DNA of 64,000 nucleotides, taken from the IMG/VR virus record IMGVR_UViG_3300025407_001324, one strand, 5' to 3'. Below, piece after piece: positions 48,363-59,600 of this stretch. Made by a program: the position numbers and the translations under genes. Below the pieces are notes generated by a model. That model searched no databases. It was not told the origin of the DNA and saw nothing but the letters and a program-made list of their open reading frames with translations. How positions within the stretch are numbered: position 1 is the stretch's first letter; each line of letters opens with the position of its first letter. Origin of the DNA: an uncultured virus (IMG/VR IMGVR_UViG_3300025407_001324). Lineage: Duplodnaviria; Heunggongvirae; Uroviricota; Caudoviricetes.

Positions 48363-51300
48363 TTATCCGTAACTTGCTAGTTGGCCTGTTATTGCTAATA
48401 CAGAACCGTTGCTTACTATTGCAACAAAACTCATAATTTCTAATTTGTTAGCAGTACCTGTTGGGGCAGTTCCACCCAACCATTTGGTGACATAAGGAGT
48501 GCCATTAATATTCAATCCTTGGATGATATAGGGGGTTGCTCCTTGATTTATAACAAATGTTATTACTACAGATCTAGTGTAATTGTTTACAGCACTTGAT
48601 GGTCCAGTTGGAAAATTATTAAAAATATACCAAGAATTATTACTAATATTTGCTATATAAAATGCCGCTGGGGATTGTCCAACAGTTGCTGGATAATTTA
48701 CTGTTACATTTCCGCTAACATTACTATATAGTGCCATCTGGTCCATGGTCAAGCTAAAAGTTGACTGGCCGTAGGTAACATCTAAATTAGAAACAAATAC
48801 TACGCTGGAACTGTTGCCTGTAATTGTTTGAGCATTGGTAATATTTGATCCGATTACCAATGTATTACTAACTACAGCACCATTTGCAACTAACACATTG
48901 CCCTGAGAATTCCAAGTAAAGTTACTGCTAGCTCCTGGTTGTCCGTTGGCATTAAAAATTACCTGTGTATTGCTACCAGTAATTGGTCCAGTGGGTCCTT
49001 GTACGCCTTGTGGTCCTTGCGGTCCTTGTACCCCAGTTGGCCCTTGTATACCTTGTGGGCCGGCGGTTCCTTGTGGTCCTTGTGCTCCGCTTGGTCCTTG
49101 TGGTCCTGTTGGCCCTTGTACTCCGCTTGGTCCTTGTGGTCCTTGCACACCAATTATACCTTGTGGTCCTTGTGGCCCTTGTGCTCCTACATTTCCAGTA
49201 ATACCTTGTGGTCCCTGTGGTCCTTGAACACCATCTTTACCTGTTTGTCCCTGAGGTCCTTGTGGTCCGGTAGTTCCTTGTGGGCCAGTTGGTCCTACTG
49301 CGCCAGTAATACCCTGTGGTCCTTGTGGTCCTTGTGGTCCTTGTACACCAGTTGGGCCTTGTGCTCCGGTATTACCAGTAATACCCTGTGGTCCTTGTGG
49401 TCCTTGTACACCAGTTGGGCCTTGTGCTCCGGTATTACCAGTAATACCCTGTGGTCCTTGTGGTCCTTGTGGTCCTTGTACACCAGTTGGGCCTTGTGCT
49501 CCGGTATTACCAGTAATACCTTGTGGTCCTTGTACACCAGTTGGGCCTTGTGCTCCGGTATTACCAGTAATACCTTGTGGCCCTTGCACGCCTTGCGGTC
49601 CTTGTGCTCCGCTAGGACCTTGTGGGCCAGTTGGTCCTTGTACGCCTGTAGGCCCTTGTACACCAATCGGGCCTTGTGGACCTTGTGCACCCTGTGGTCC
49701 TTGAGGACCAACTGCTTGTAATCCATTAGAATAGAAAAACGCATTAGCAATAACATTTCCGTTTAGTACAACTACATTTGCTGCGCTGATATTTCCGCCT
49801 ACACCTAAGGTAGTCCCAATAGTAGCACTACTGTTAACTGTTAATCCGTTTATAGTAGAATTTCCACTACCAACAATACCGTTTAGATGTAAGGTATCTA
49901 ATATTAAATTTGCATTAGCTAAATCAACTAACCCACCACCAGGTTCAGTAGCATTGCTAAACAAATACCAACTATTGTCTACATAATTTCTAATTAAACC
50001 AGTATGCTGATATATATTTGCATTGGCATTGGCAGTTGTGCCTCCTACAAAATGACTATAAAAACCAACATCATAATTGTAAGGATATACATTACTTGAT
50101 GTCAAATATAATAACGGATCAGTAACTGATAATATAGTTTTGTTAACAGTAGTGAGTGTGTTGGCATAAATGGTACCGCCAACATATAAATCTTGCTGAA
50201 CACTTGCACCACCTAATGTGGTTATTGCACCAGTACCTAAACCAGTAGAATTAACTGTACTATTAGCACTTAATGTAGTTGCAATAACATTTCCGTAAAA
50301 TGTTCCTCCCCAAAATGCGGAAGAAGATATAGAGCTAGCATTGGTAATACTATTAACACTAATAGTACTTGCGTTGACATTGACAAATGCCGTACCACCT
50401 ACATATAAATTGCCGCCAATGCCCGCGCCTCCAATTACCTGTAATGCCCCAGTAGTAGTATTAGTTGACGGAGTTGTGTTTGTTGTTATAATCTGTTGGG
50501 TAGTAGTTCCAGAAAATACACCAGTTGGGCCCGAAGGCCCTTGTGGTCCGTTTAATCCACTAGGTCCTTGTGGTCCTGTTGGACCTTGATTACCAGTCGG
50601 TCCTTGTGGTCCTTGTGTACCAGGTGTGCCATTACTTCCACTAGGTCCCTGTGGTCCTTGTGGTCCTTGTGTACCAGGTGTGCCATTACTTCCACTAGGT
50701 CCCTGTGGTCCTTGCGCTCCGCTAGGACCTTGTGGTCCTTGCGCACCAGTTGGTCCTTGTACTCCGCTAGGACCTTGTAGCCCTGTTGGCCCTTGTATGC
50801 CAGTTGGTCCTTGAACTCCACTAGGACCTTGTAGCCCTGTTGGACCTTGTAGTCCAGTTGGTCCTTGTATGCCTGTTGGCCCTTGTACTCCGCTCGGTCC
50901 TTGTACTCCAGTTGGTCCTTGTAGTCCAGTTGGTCCTTGTATGCCTGTTGGTCCTTGCACGCCTTGCGGTCCTTGTGCTCCGCTAGGACCTTGTAGTCCA
51001 GTTGGTCCTTGTATGCCTGTTGGTCCTTGCACACCTTGTGGTCCTTGTACTCCAGTTGGTCCTTGTACTCCAGTTGGTCCTTGTAGTCCAGTTGGTCCTT
51101 GTATGCCTGTTGGTCCTTGCACACCTTGTGGTCCTTGTACTCCAGTTGGTCCTTGTATGCCTGTTGGTCCTTGCGGGCCTTGTGGACCTTGTACTCCAGT
51201 TGGTCCTTGTACTCCACTAGGACCTTGTGGACCACTGGGTCCTTGTAAACCTCGAGGGCCTTGAGTACCTTGGGGTCCTTGTACTCCACTAGGACCTTGG

Positions 51301-52262
51301 GGACCTTGAAGTCCTTGTGGACCACTTGCAATTATACTTGTGCCGTTGCTATAAAAATAGTTTGATGCAAAAATGGAATTTCCGCTAAAACTGTTAACTG
51401 CAATAACATTTCCAGCAGTAACATTGGCGTTTGTAGTGATATCGCCAGTTGCAGTAATAGTACTATTCGAAGTAATATTGCCGCTAATAATATTACCACT
51501 GTTAATAATATTTTTGGTAGTAACATTGTTAGCAACTGTAATATTTCCAGTAGAAATATTGCTGTTAACTGTGATATTTCCCGCAATAATATTACTATTG
51601 GTATTGATATTTTTAGTTGTGGAAATATTACCAGTAGTAGATATAATTACATTATTGTTACTGCTCAAGTATGCAGCAACATTTGAATTGGTATACGAAG
51701 AAGTAGAGCTACCAGCATTTGCAATACCTACACCGCCTATATACTGATAACCGGTGATATATATAACATTGCTTGAATTTAATGCAGTCGGTATTGTTTG
51801 CCCAATAAAATTTAATACTCCGCTGACTGTGTCAAAATACCATTCACCTGGGTTTGCTCCGCCTTCGCCTGCAGCGTATAATTGAGTTCCTGATGTAGTT
51901 GGGTTAGGAGTATTTGGTGGAGCTGCATATACTTGTACAAAATAAGAACTACCAAACTCTGGTGGGATCCAATTAGAGATTCCTGTTTTCCAAGTTGGAT
52001 ATACTCCGTTCACAGGAACTGTGGTAGTATCAGGTGTTGTTTGTACGGCATTGGTACCGGTATAAGATTGAACTATGCCTGCTACATCTGCAGCAGTAGC
52101 TGGTATTTGGTCACTGTTAACCCAAATTGTATCCCCACGCAAAAATGCTGGACTGGCAACACTTTCATTACTGGCTGCTTTATCAGATGCAGTATCGGTT
52201 TTGGTTACTCCAAATAATTTTTTATATAGTAAGTCAACCTTTTGTGAATCAGAAATTGCCAT
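48363..52262 (-). CDS. Collagen-like virion protein (1299 aa) with two long collagen tracts
   Basis: N-terminal [16 protein letters not shown] domain; Gly-X-Y tracts at about 50520-51325 and 48980-49710; C-terminal KWLGGTAPT module. Confidence 0.88.
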   Translation of the reverse strand: MAISDSQKVDLLYKKLFGVTKTDTASDKAASNESVASPAFLRGDTIWVNSDQIPATAADVAGIVQSYTGTNAVQTTPDTTTVPVNGVYPTWKTGISNWIPPEFGSSYFVQVYAAPPNTPNPTTSGTQLYAAGEGGANPGEWYFDTVSGVLNFIGQTIPTALNSSNVIYITGYQYIGGVGIANAGSSTSSYTNSNVAAYLSSNNNVIISTTGNISTTKNINTNSNIIAGNITVNSNISTGNITVANNVTTKNIINSGNIISGNITSNSTITATGDITTNANVTAGNVIAVNSFSGNSIFASNYFYSNGTSIIASGPQGLQGPQGPSGVQGPQGTQGPRGLQGPSGPQGPSGVQGPTGVQGPQGPQGPTGIQGPTGVQGPQGVQGPTGIQGPTGLQGPTGVQGPTGVQGPQGVQGPTGIQGPTGLQGPSGAQGPQGVQGPTGIQGPTGLQGPTGVQGPSGVQGPTGIQGPTGLQGPTGLQGPSGVQGPTGIQGPTGLQGPSGVQGPTGAQGPQGPSGAQGPQGPSGSNGTPGTQGPQGPQGPSGSNGTPGTQGPQGPTGNQGPTGPQGPSGLNGPQGPSGPTGVFSGTTTQQIITTNTTPSTNTTTGALQVIGGAGIGGNLYVGGTAFVNVNASTISVNSITNASSISSSAFWGGTFYGNVIATTLSANSTVNSTGLGTGAITTLGGASVQQDLYVGGTIYANTLTTVNKTILSVTDPLLYLTSSNVYPYNYDVGFYSHFVGGTTANANANIYQHTGLIRNYVDNSWYLFSNATEPGGGLVDLANANLILDTLHLNGIVGSGNSTINGLTVNSSATIGTTLGVGGNISAANVVVLNGNVIANAFFYSNGLQAVGPQGPQGAQGPQGPIGVQGPTGVQGPTGPQGPSGAQGPQGVQGPQGITGNTGAQGPTGVQGPQGITGNTGAQGPTGVQGPQGPQGPQGITGNTGAQGPTGVQGPQGPQGITGNTGAQGPTGVQGPQGPQGPQGITGAVGPTGPQGTTGPQGPQGQTGKDGVQGPQGPQGITGNVGAQGPQGPQGIIGVQGPQGPSGVQGPTGPQGPSGAQGPQGTAGPQGIQGPTGVQGPQGPQGVQGPTGPITGSNTQVIFNANGQPGASSNFTWNSQGNVLVANGAVVSNTLVIGSNITNAQTITGNSSSVVFVSNLDVTYGQSTFSLTMDQMALYSNVSGNVTVNYPATVGQSPAAFYIANISNNSWYIFNNFPTGPSSAVNNYTRSVVITFVINQGATPYIIQGLNINGTPYVTKWLGGTAPTGTANKLEIMSFVAIVSNGSVLAITGQLASYG
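48980..49710 (-). repeat. Collagen Gly-X-Y coding repeat (about 80 triplets)
   Basis: Uninterrupted Gly-X-Y in the translation. Confidence 0.9.
50520..51325 (-). repeat. Collagen Gly-X-Y coding repeat (about 90 triplets)
   Basis: Uninterrupted GxQGPT/GPS units in the translation. Confidence 0.9.
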
Positions 52263-52264
52263 TA

Positions 52265-55200
52265 TTAGTTACTCGCTGTCTGTAAAGAAAGGGCAGATAC
52301 AGTTTGCCCTGCTGTAAGTTTAATTCTTACATATATTTCGTGTGATGAAGTCGTGCTAGAACTTGCAGTACCAAAAGTTGCAGTCACTGATGCGTTAACG
52401 CTGGTATTCAAAGGAGCATTTCCTCCCAAAGAAGCACCGTTACTACCGTTGCCGCCTGATCCAGCACCTGGCTGACCTGATCCAGCATAGGGAATACTTA
52501 AATCTAACCAACCGTTTAGTGTACTACTTGTATCTATTCCGCTTCCAGGTAATGCTACCCATAAACCAGCAATTGTGCCGGTCCAGGCAATATTAAATTT
52601 ACTAACTGACGAACGAGAAAACTTAAAAGTAAAATACTGGTTGTTGTTTCTTCCGCTACTAAAATCTGGTCCTACTGGCAAATACCCTGTACTGTAATTT
52701 GTTTGATCGTTTTTCAATACTCCAGCAACTATGGTAGCATCGTAAGGATATAATGGACCAGTTTGACTATTAAATGCTGATTCAGTTCCAGTATATGCAG
52801 GTGTATCTGTACTGCCAGGATTTACAATTCTAACAGCTGCTCCTGAACCTGTACCAATTGTACTACCAATAGTAACGCTGGTTTCTTCCATATTGCTTGA
52901 TGTACCTGTTTTGTATAAAATAGTAACATTGGGATTGAATCCAGCACTGGTTGTTGCATAACTATTATCTGCAACTAAACTAGGATAACTAGTAGTCGAG
53001 CTAAATCCTGTACTGATATTTACAGTAGTACTAAAATGAGCACTACCCGAACTTACATATAAATTGCGGGCTAGAGGATAAGTTATACCAGTCGCTGAAC
53101 TGTAAGTAACACTTGACGGAGTTTGCCAACCAGTTGCACTAGTGCCTGTGATAAATGTATTACTCGACGGGAACGTATCTCCACTGAGTTTTGCTACATT
53201 ACCAGTTAATGTAAATTGTGCTGCATTGGTAAAGTGAGGAATAGTACTTGAATAAATTACTGTGTTTGTTGTTAAACTTATTGCAGTATTGCTAAACACT
53301 GGCCCAGTTACTGTATTATTATCATAATACCAATAAGGAACGGAAGTATTTGCAGATACTGCAGAGTCTCTAATATTAACTTCATTCCAGCCTGGATGAA
53401 CTGTGCCTGTCATATATGTACTGAATGATGACCAGAATCCAGCAGTAACTGTGCTGACAACATTATGATAATCCTGATTATTAAAAATTACCAAATTACT
53501 ATATGTTCCGTTGCTACTACCAGTCAATGCCACTGATCCTGCCGGAGCACCATTAATATAAGCAATAACATTACCGCTATTGCCAGGTCCAACATTTGTT
53601 ATAGACCCAGTAGTATAAGATGCAGTTCGGGCAACACTAACTGTAGTGCCGGCTGCTACACTCTTGTTACCAGAATTTGTGTTATCAGTTTGTGTGAAAT
53701 TGGCCATTCTAAATGGACCAACTAAACCAGATGGTGTAGATAAAGTTTGGCCGCCAGGGAATGTTGGTGGGCTGGCCGGTACTAATTTTCCTAATATATA
53801 ATTCAGTTCAGCAATACTATTGGTTATACTGGTATTTGCAGTCAATGTTAGTGCATTGCTAACCAAATTTCCTAATGTAGGTGTTCCTAATAATAGATCT
53901 GTTGCAAGTCCGCCGGACCCAAAAGATAACGGAGCACCATTGGCATAATAATAGTTGTCAGTTACAATACCAGCAGAAATAATATTGCCAGAAACACCTA
54001 GTGTATTGCCTACTGTTGCCGAAGTGTTGACAGTTAAACCATTAATGGTAGAATTACCACTGGTGTTAATTTCTCCAAGATACAAATTATCTAATGCTAT
54101 ATTAGTATCAGTTAAATTAAATAATCCGCCGCCTGGTTCAGCTGCATTACTAAACAAATACCAATTGTTATCTGCATAGTTTCTAACTAATCCAGTGTAT
54201 TGGTAGATATTACCAGTACCACCGGTAAAGTGACTGTAGAATCCAATGTCGTAATTATAAGGATACGTTACATTACCGTTCAAGTATAGCAACGGATCTT
54301 GTACACTTAATACTGTTGTACTAATAGTACTTAAACTATTAACAAATAAGTTTCCGCCAACATACAAATCTCCTGAAATTCCTGCTCCGCCGCTTACTTG
54401 CAATGCACCAGTTCCGGCGCTAATTGCTGGAGAAGTATTAGTAGTTACAATTCTTTCTGTTGTATTACCAGAAAATATACCTGTCGGTCCTTGTGGTCCT
54501 TGTGCTCCGCTTGGTCCTTGTGGTCCTTGCGATCCAGATGGTCCTTGTGGCCCTTGAACACCATCTGCACCTGTTTGTCCCTGAGGGCCTTGTGGTCCTT
54601 GTGCTCCGGTGGCTCCATCATTTCCTTGAACACCTTGTGGTCCTTGTGGTCCAGGTAGTCCTAAACTTCCCTGTGGTCCTTGTGGTCCCTGTACGCCAGT
54701 GAGTCCTTGCGGTCCTTGTGCCCCAGATGGTCCTTGTGGTCCAGTATCGCCTTGTGGTCCTTGCGGTCCTTGTGCTCCAGTGGGTCCTTGTACACCAATA
54801 TCACCAATTGGCCCTTGTGGTCCTTGTGGACCTGGCACATTACTAACTCCGCTAGGTCCTTGTGGCCCTTGTACGCCTTGCGGTCCTTGAGCACCAGTGT
54901 GTCCTGTTGGTCCTTGTGGACCTTGTACACCAATCGGGCCTTGCGGGCCCTGTACTCCAGTTGGACCTTGCGGTCCTTGTACCCCTGTTGGTCCTTGTAC
55001 ACCCTGTACTCCAGTAGGACCTTGTAAACCAGTTGGTCCTTGTACTCCGGTTGGGCCTTGCGGTCCTTGTACTCCAGTATTGCCCTGTTGTCCTTGTGGT
55101 CCTTGTGCGCCTGTTGGGCCAGTCGGTCCTTGCACTCCTTGCGGTCCAGTTGGACCTACTATTTTTCCGGCATCGTGCCATGTGTTATCTGCACCCCAGA

Positions 55201-56032
55201 ACCAAACATTACCTGTATTTGCAGTAATGTATCCATTATCTAATGTATTTCCAGTATTTGGAAGAAATGTATAATCTGTTACAGTACCTAAGAGTGTTAC
55301 ACTAACTCCGGTTTGTCCTTGCGGTCCTTGCGGACCTTGTGAACCAGTTTGTCCTTGCGGTCCTTGCGGTCCTTGTTGGGAAACACTTATACCATTACTA
55401 TAAAAAAATCCGTTAGCAGTAATATTGCTGGATACAACAACATCGCCATATCTTTTTGGTGTAATATATATGCTGATATCAGCATCGACACCGTCAGCAC
55501 TTATAATCGGATTGCTACCTGGGGTTGCACCTGCAACTGTTATGTAATTCGAATATCCTGAATCAACAGGCATTAAAATTTTGAAGTTGGTTGCAATTCC
55601 AGGTGTTGTACTGGTTAGTCCGTTAAACAGAATATTTCCTGTTCCGCCTGCACCAATAATTAATCCTACATTGCTATCTATACCGCCTGCTAAAAGTGCA
55701 GGATACGATCCACTAGAAGCACCTAAAACTTTGATATAATTGTCAGAAACAACGCCAAATACAGAAGTGCCACCGACATACAAGTCTTTGTTAATACTTG
55801 CGCCACCAAGAGATCGAAATGCTCCAGAGTCCAATGAAGTTGCATTTACTGTGCTATTGGCAAGTAATGCAGTTGCATTGACGTTTCCGTAAAAAGTATC
55901 TCCCCGAAACTCATTACCATTAAAAGATAATGAACTTATTAAACTGGCTCCAGTTAGCGAACTCGCATTGGAGTTAATGGATATGTTGCCAGCATCAAAG
56001 CCAGTCTGTGCAAAAAGATACGAATTAGCCAT
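52265..56032 (-). CDS. Collagen-like virion protein (1255 aa)
   Basis: Gly-X-Y tract; [12 protein letters not shown] motif; large C-terminal globular region ending QYFTFKF...EIYVRIKL. Confidence 0.88.
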   Translation of the reverse strand: MANSYLFAQTGFDAGNISINSNASSLTGASLISSLSFNGNEFRGDTFYGNVNATALLANSTVNATSLDSGAFRSLGGASINKDLYVGGTSVFGVVSDNYIKVLGASSGSYPALLAGGIDSNVGLIIGAGGTGNILFNGLTSTTPGIATNFKILMPVDSGYSNYITVAGATPGSNPIISADGVDADISIYITPKRYGDVVVSSNITANGFFYSNGISVSQQGPQGPQGQTGSQGPQGPQGQTGVSVTLLGTVTDYTFLPNTGNTLDNGYITANTGNVWFWGADNTWHDAGKIVGPTGPQGVQGPTGPTGAQGPQGQQGNTGVQGPQGPTGVQGPTGLQGPTGVQGVQGPTGVQGPQGPTGVQGPQGPIGVQGPQGPTGHTGAQGPQGVQGPQGPSGVSNVPGPQGPQGPIGDIGVQGPTGAQGPQGPQGDTGPQGPSGAQGPQGLTGVQGPQGPQGSLGLPGPQGPQGVQGNDGATGAQGPQGPQGQTGADGVQGPQGPSGSQGPQGPSGAQGPQGPTGIFSGNTTERIVTTNTSPAISAGTGALQVSGGAGISGDLYVGGNLFVNSLSTISTTVLSVQDPLLYLNGNVTYPYNYDIGFYSHFTGGTGNIYQYTGLVRNYADNNWYLFSNAAEPGGGLFNLTDTNIALDNLYLGEINTSGNSTINGLTVNTSATVGNTLGVSGNIISAGIVTDNYYYANGAPLSFGSGGLATDLLLGTPTLGNLVSNALTLTANTSITNSIAELNYILGKLVPASPPTFPGGQTLSTPSGLVGPFRMANFTQTDNTNSGNKSVAAGTTVSVARTASYTTGSITNVGPGNSGNVIAYINGAPAGSVALTGSSNGTYSNLVIFNNQDYHNVVSTVTAGFWSSFSTYMTGTVHPGWNEVNIRDSAVSANTSVPYWYYDNNTVTGPVFSNTAISLTTNTVIYSSTIPHFTNAAQFTLTGNVAKLSGDTFPSSNTFITGTSATGWQTPSSVTYSSATGITYPLARNLYVSSGSAHFSTTVNISTGFSSTTSYPSLVADNSYATTSAGFNPNVTILYKTGTSSNMEETSVTIGSTIGTGSGAAVRIVNPGSTDTPAYTGTESAFNSQTGPLYPYDATIVAGVLKNDQTNYSTGYLPVGPDFSSGRNNNQYFTFKFSRSSVSKFNIAWTGTIAGLWVALPGSGIDTSSTLNGWLDLSIPYAGSGQPGAGSGGNGSNGASLGGNAPLNTSVNASVTATFGTASSSTTSSHEIYVRIKLTAGQTVSALSLQTASN
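54480..55157 (-). repeat. Collagen Gly-X-Y coding repeat (about 75 triplets, one interruption)
   Basis: Seen in the translation; broken once at GVSNVPG. Confidence 0.88.
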
Positions 56033-56039
56033 AGTTTAG

Positions 56040-56045
56040 TATTTA
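56040..56045 (-). promoter_or_regulatory. Late promoter core, 7 nt before the ATG
   Basis: TATTTAT on the + strand. Confidence 0.55.
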
Positions 56046-56076
56046 TCGATATAGGAAAAACTAATCGAATGGTTAA

Positions 56077-56571
56077 TTATTCTTTAGGATCAGGCTCGGG
56101 AAAAATTTCTGGAGGTATAGGAGGTATCTGTGTTACCCTAGGGTCTGGATCAGTAAATGTAAAATTTGCCAATTGAACTAGATAATTTTGGCAAATAGTT
56201 TTTACTTCCGGTGTAGTAGCATCGTCTGATGCAACTGAAGTAACGGCCGCAGTTAATTGCTCGACATAATCCAACAATTCCCTTGTTCCTTCGGCAACTT
56301 TTTCTGCTTTTTCTTCTTGCGTCATTGGACGTATAGACCAAACGTCAGTATACGCATTACCGTTCCACGCATATATCCCGTCGACTACTTCGTAAAATCC
56401 CGGAGTCAGATTTGCTTCAGCTTGAGTAATTCTAACAAATCGAGCATATTGAGGAGGCAAGTTATTAACATCAATGTCTGGGAAGCATTCTCGAAAATTG
56501 CTACCTAACATTGGATGATTAAAAGGCTTACCGTCCCGCACTTCGATGTACAGTTCTAAATTTTCTGGCAT
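56077..56571 (-). CDS. Hypothetical acidic protein, possibly a fibre assembly chaperone
   Basis: 164 aa with an AAGGA SD; follows a fibre gene; YTDVWSIRPMTQEEK and a Pro-rich end resemble fibre-associated chaperones. Confidence 0.55.
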   Translation of the reverse strand: MPENLELYIEVRDGKPFNHPMLGSNFRECFPDIDVNNLPPQYARFVRITQAEANLTPGFYEVVDGIYAWNGNAYTDVWSIRPMTQEEKAEKVAEGTRELLDYVEQLTAAVTSVASDDATTPEVKTICQNYLVQLANFTFTDPDPRVTQIPPIPPEIFPEPDPKE

Positions 56572-56585
56572 AGTTAAATCCTTGT

Positions 56586-56621
56586 AAAAACAAAATAAGT
56601 TAGCTCTTTCGAGCTAACTTA
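56586..56621 (-). terminator. Rho-independent terminator
   Basis: mRNA UAAGUUAGCUC-GAAA-GAGCUAACUUA-UUUUGUUUUU, 4 nt after the stop at 56626. Confidence 0.88.
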
Positions 56622-56625
56622 CTAT

Positions 56626-59600
56626 TTAACTACCAACGATATAAGTCTTGCTAAAGTTGACTACAGTACCGCTTGTTGCACCAGTTGCTGTTACACTTAC
56701 GTTGCCTCCGCTAATTGAGACACTCATTGTAATTTGCGGTGTGTTGCTACCAGCGTTAACAATACCATAAGTTGTTATGGTTGCGTTGCTACTTCCATCT
56801 GTTACAACTAAAGATTCTGCAGCTGTCCAAACAGTACTACCACTATTTCTAGCTGTAATAATGTATTTTGCTGCTTTGTAAGTTGTACCGCTCCAAGTAT
56901 CAATTGTAGTACCAGTATTGCTTACTGTAACGCTAGCAGTACTGCTGATAATACCATTGGCTTTCAGATCCAAGTAACCATTAGGATCAATAGTAACAGT
57001 AGTTGTACCATTATTCTTAAATGTTACTGTTTGGTCGCCTGTTGTTACATCAGTAAATACACCAGTTGTACCAGCTACATCTGTTGTTGCCCCGTTTGTA
57101 GCAACAACTGTTTGTGTAGTTGTTACAATACGGAAGTCAATCACGTCTGTTGACTGTGGTGCTTCAGTAAATGTTAACTGGTTACCAGACACAGAGTATG
57201 CATTATTTGGTTCTTGTAACACACCGTTAATACTTACCATTGTGCCAGATGTTGTTGCATTAGCAGGCAATGTAAATACCGTTGTTGTTCCGTCACCAGT
57301 TTGTAAGTTAGCAACAACTGGAGTAAATTGTGAACCAGCTGACTGCCAACCGCCATCTGCGTAGAACTCCAAAGAAGCCGTTGTAGTATTAAAACGGATC
57401 ATACCGTTAGCACCAATACTTGGACGTTGTGCAGTTGTACCAGTTGGAACTAAAATACTGTTAGTTGAGTTGAAACTTACTAACGCATTTGCAGTTTGTG
57501 TGCTTGTACCAAAACTTGCAGTTCCTACATTAGCATTTACATAGAAAATGTTTGCCTTAGCATTACCGTTAACTATAAAATCGTTGCCTAACTGACTTGG
57601 GTTTACAACTAATTGTAATCCATCTGCAGATGCACTGATTCCATATGTATAAACATTTTCCCAAGCCTGATTAGTTGTACCTAATGTATAAGTATCATCT
57701 ATATCTGGTAAACTATTGTATGTTGTCAATGTTCCAGTAATTGATGAAGCAGTGCAAGCACTAAAGCCGCCAGTTAAGTTCAATGATGGAGCATACAATG
57801 TGCTGCTTTGATAGTAGAAGTTACCAGTATCTGCTGCTAAAGCACCACCGTTATTGTACTGAACATCATAAGTTGATCCAGCTGCACTAAAGTTCAATGG
57901 AGTACCGTTAGCGTAGAAGTAACCATTTGTATACAATCCAGTGCTAGCATTGATTATGCTAGCTTGCAAATTGCCTGTTACACCTAATGTTCCACCAACT
58001 GTTGCATTAACATTAACTGTTAATCCGTTAGTAGTGATATTGCCGTTAGAAACAACATTACCATTTGTAGTGAACGAGTAAGATGTCAAATTAGTAAATG
58101 CACCAGTACTTGGTGTAGCATTACCAACAGGGGTATTTTGCAATCCAGCTGCCAAGTTAATACTTGGTGCTTGGAATGTACCAAGTACACTCAAGTTAGC
58201 AAGAGATACATTGCCTGTTACGCCCAATGTACCAGTAATTGTAGCACTAGTGTTAACTGTTAGGCCATTTACTGTTGCGTTACCGCTGTCAGTGAAGCTT
58301 GTACTGTACAAGTTATTGAAATAACCATCAGCTGCAGTTACGTTACCAATTACTGTATTTTGGATACCAGCAACTGCTCGTAGTGTTGTACCAACAACTG
58401 CACTAGTGTTAACTGTTAATCCGTTAACAGTTGCGTTACCACTTACGCTTTCGCTAGTAAATGTTGCACCTGTTCCAGTTACTGCACCATTACTGAACAA
58501 TGCGTTAACAGTAGCATTACCGCTAGTATTAAAACTTGTGCCAGTTAAGGTTGTAAATGTACCAGTACTTGCAGTTCCATTACCAATTGGGGTGTTTTGT
58601 ACACCACCAGCTGCATTAAATGTACCGCCTGTAGTAGCACTTGTATTAACTGTTAAGCCATTAACTGTTGCATTACCACTGATACTTTCTGTTGTACCAA
58701 TCAATGTTGTGAATGTACCTGTTGCAGGAGTAATTGTACCAATTGGTGTATTTTCCAAGCTGCTTGCACTTAATGTACTACCAATTGTAGCAGTATTATT
58801 AACACTCAATGCGTTGATTGTTGCATTACCGCTAGTATTGAAACTTGTACCTGTTAATGTTGTAAATGTACCAGTACTTGCAGTAGCATTGCCTACTGGA
58901 GTATTTTGTAATCCACCAGTAATTGTAATACCATTTGTAGTTAATGTACCTGTTACATTTGCATTTTGTACATTTGCATTAGCTAATGTAGTAAATCCAG
59001 TTACAGTTAATGTGTTAGCAGTTATTACATTTGCTGTTTCAGTTCCTGTAATTTGTGTATTAATTGTAAACAGTGTGTTAACACCAGTAATATTTCCAGT
59101 ACCAGCAGTACCAGCAGTACTGATATTACCAGCAATCAAATTACCAGTTACACCTAATGTAGTACCAACTGTGGCGCTAGCATTAACTGTTAAACCGTTT
59201 ACAGTAGAATTGCCACTTACACTTTCTGTAGTTGCAATCAATGTTGTTACAGTAGCTGCTGCCGCAGTTCCATTACCAATAATAGTATTTTGCAATCCGC
59301 CTGCAGCACTTAATGTACCGCCAGTTGTTGCGCTAGCATTAACTGTTAGTGCATTTACTGTTGTATTGCCTGTTGATGTCAATGTTGTAAACAAACCAGT
59401 GTTTGGTGTTGCATTACCAATTGGGGTATTTTGTACACCACCGGCTGCATTGAATGTGCCACCAGTTGTTGCACTAGTATTAACAGTCAACCCGTTTACA
59501 GTAGAATTGCCGCTTACGCTTTCTGTAGTTGCAATCAATGTTGTTACAGTAGCTGCCGCTGCAGTTCCATTACCAATAATTGTATTTTGCAATCCGCCTG

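Noticed and set aside
48980..51325. Short periodic repeats resembling a CRISPR array
   Set aside because: No constant repeat with unique spacers and no cas genes; fully explained as collagen coding.
34029..55274. Alternative-frame and antisense ORFs over collagen tracts (PCGPC, HKDQL, WSLWSL, LVLV repeats)
   Set aside because: By-products of the 9-bp Gly-X-Y periodicity; they have no independent start signals.
1154..56625. tRNA, ncRNA, introns or inteins
   Set aside because: Intergenic gaps are short (at most about 125 bp) with no cloverleaf seen, and the recognisable genes are uninterrupted with no intein motifs noticed.
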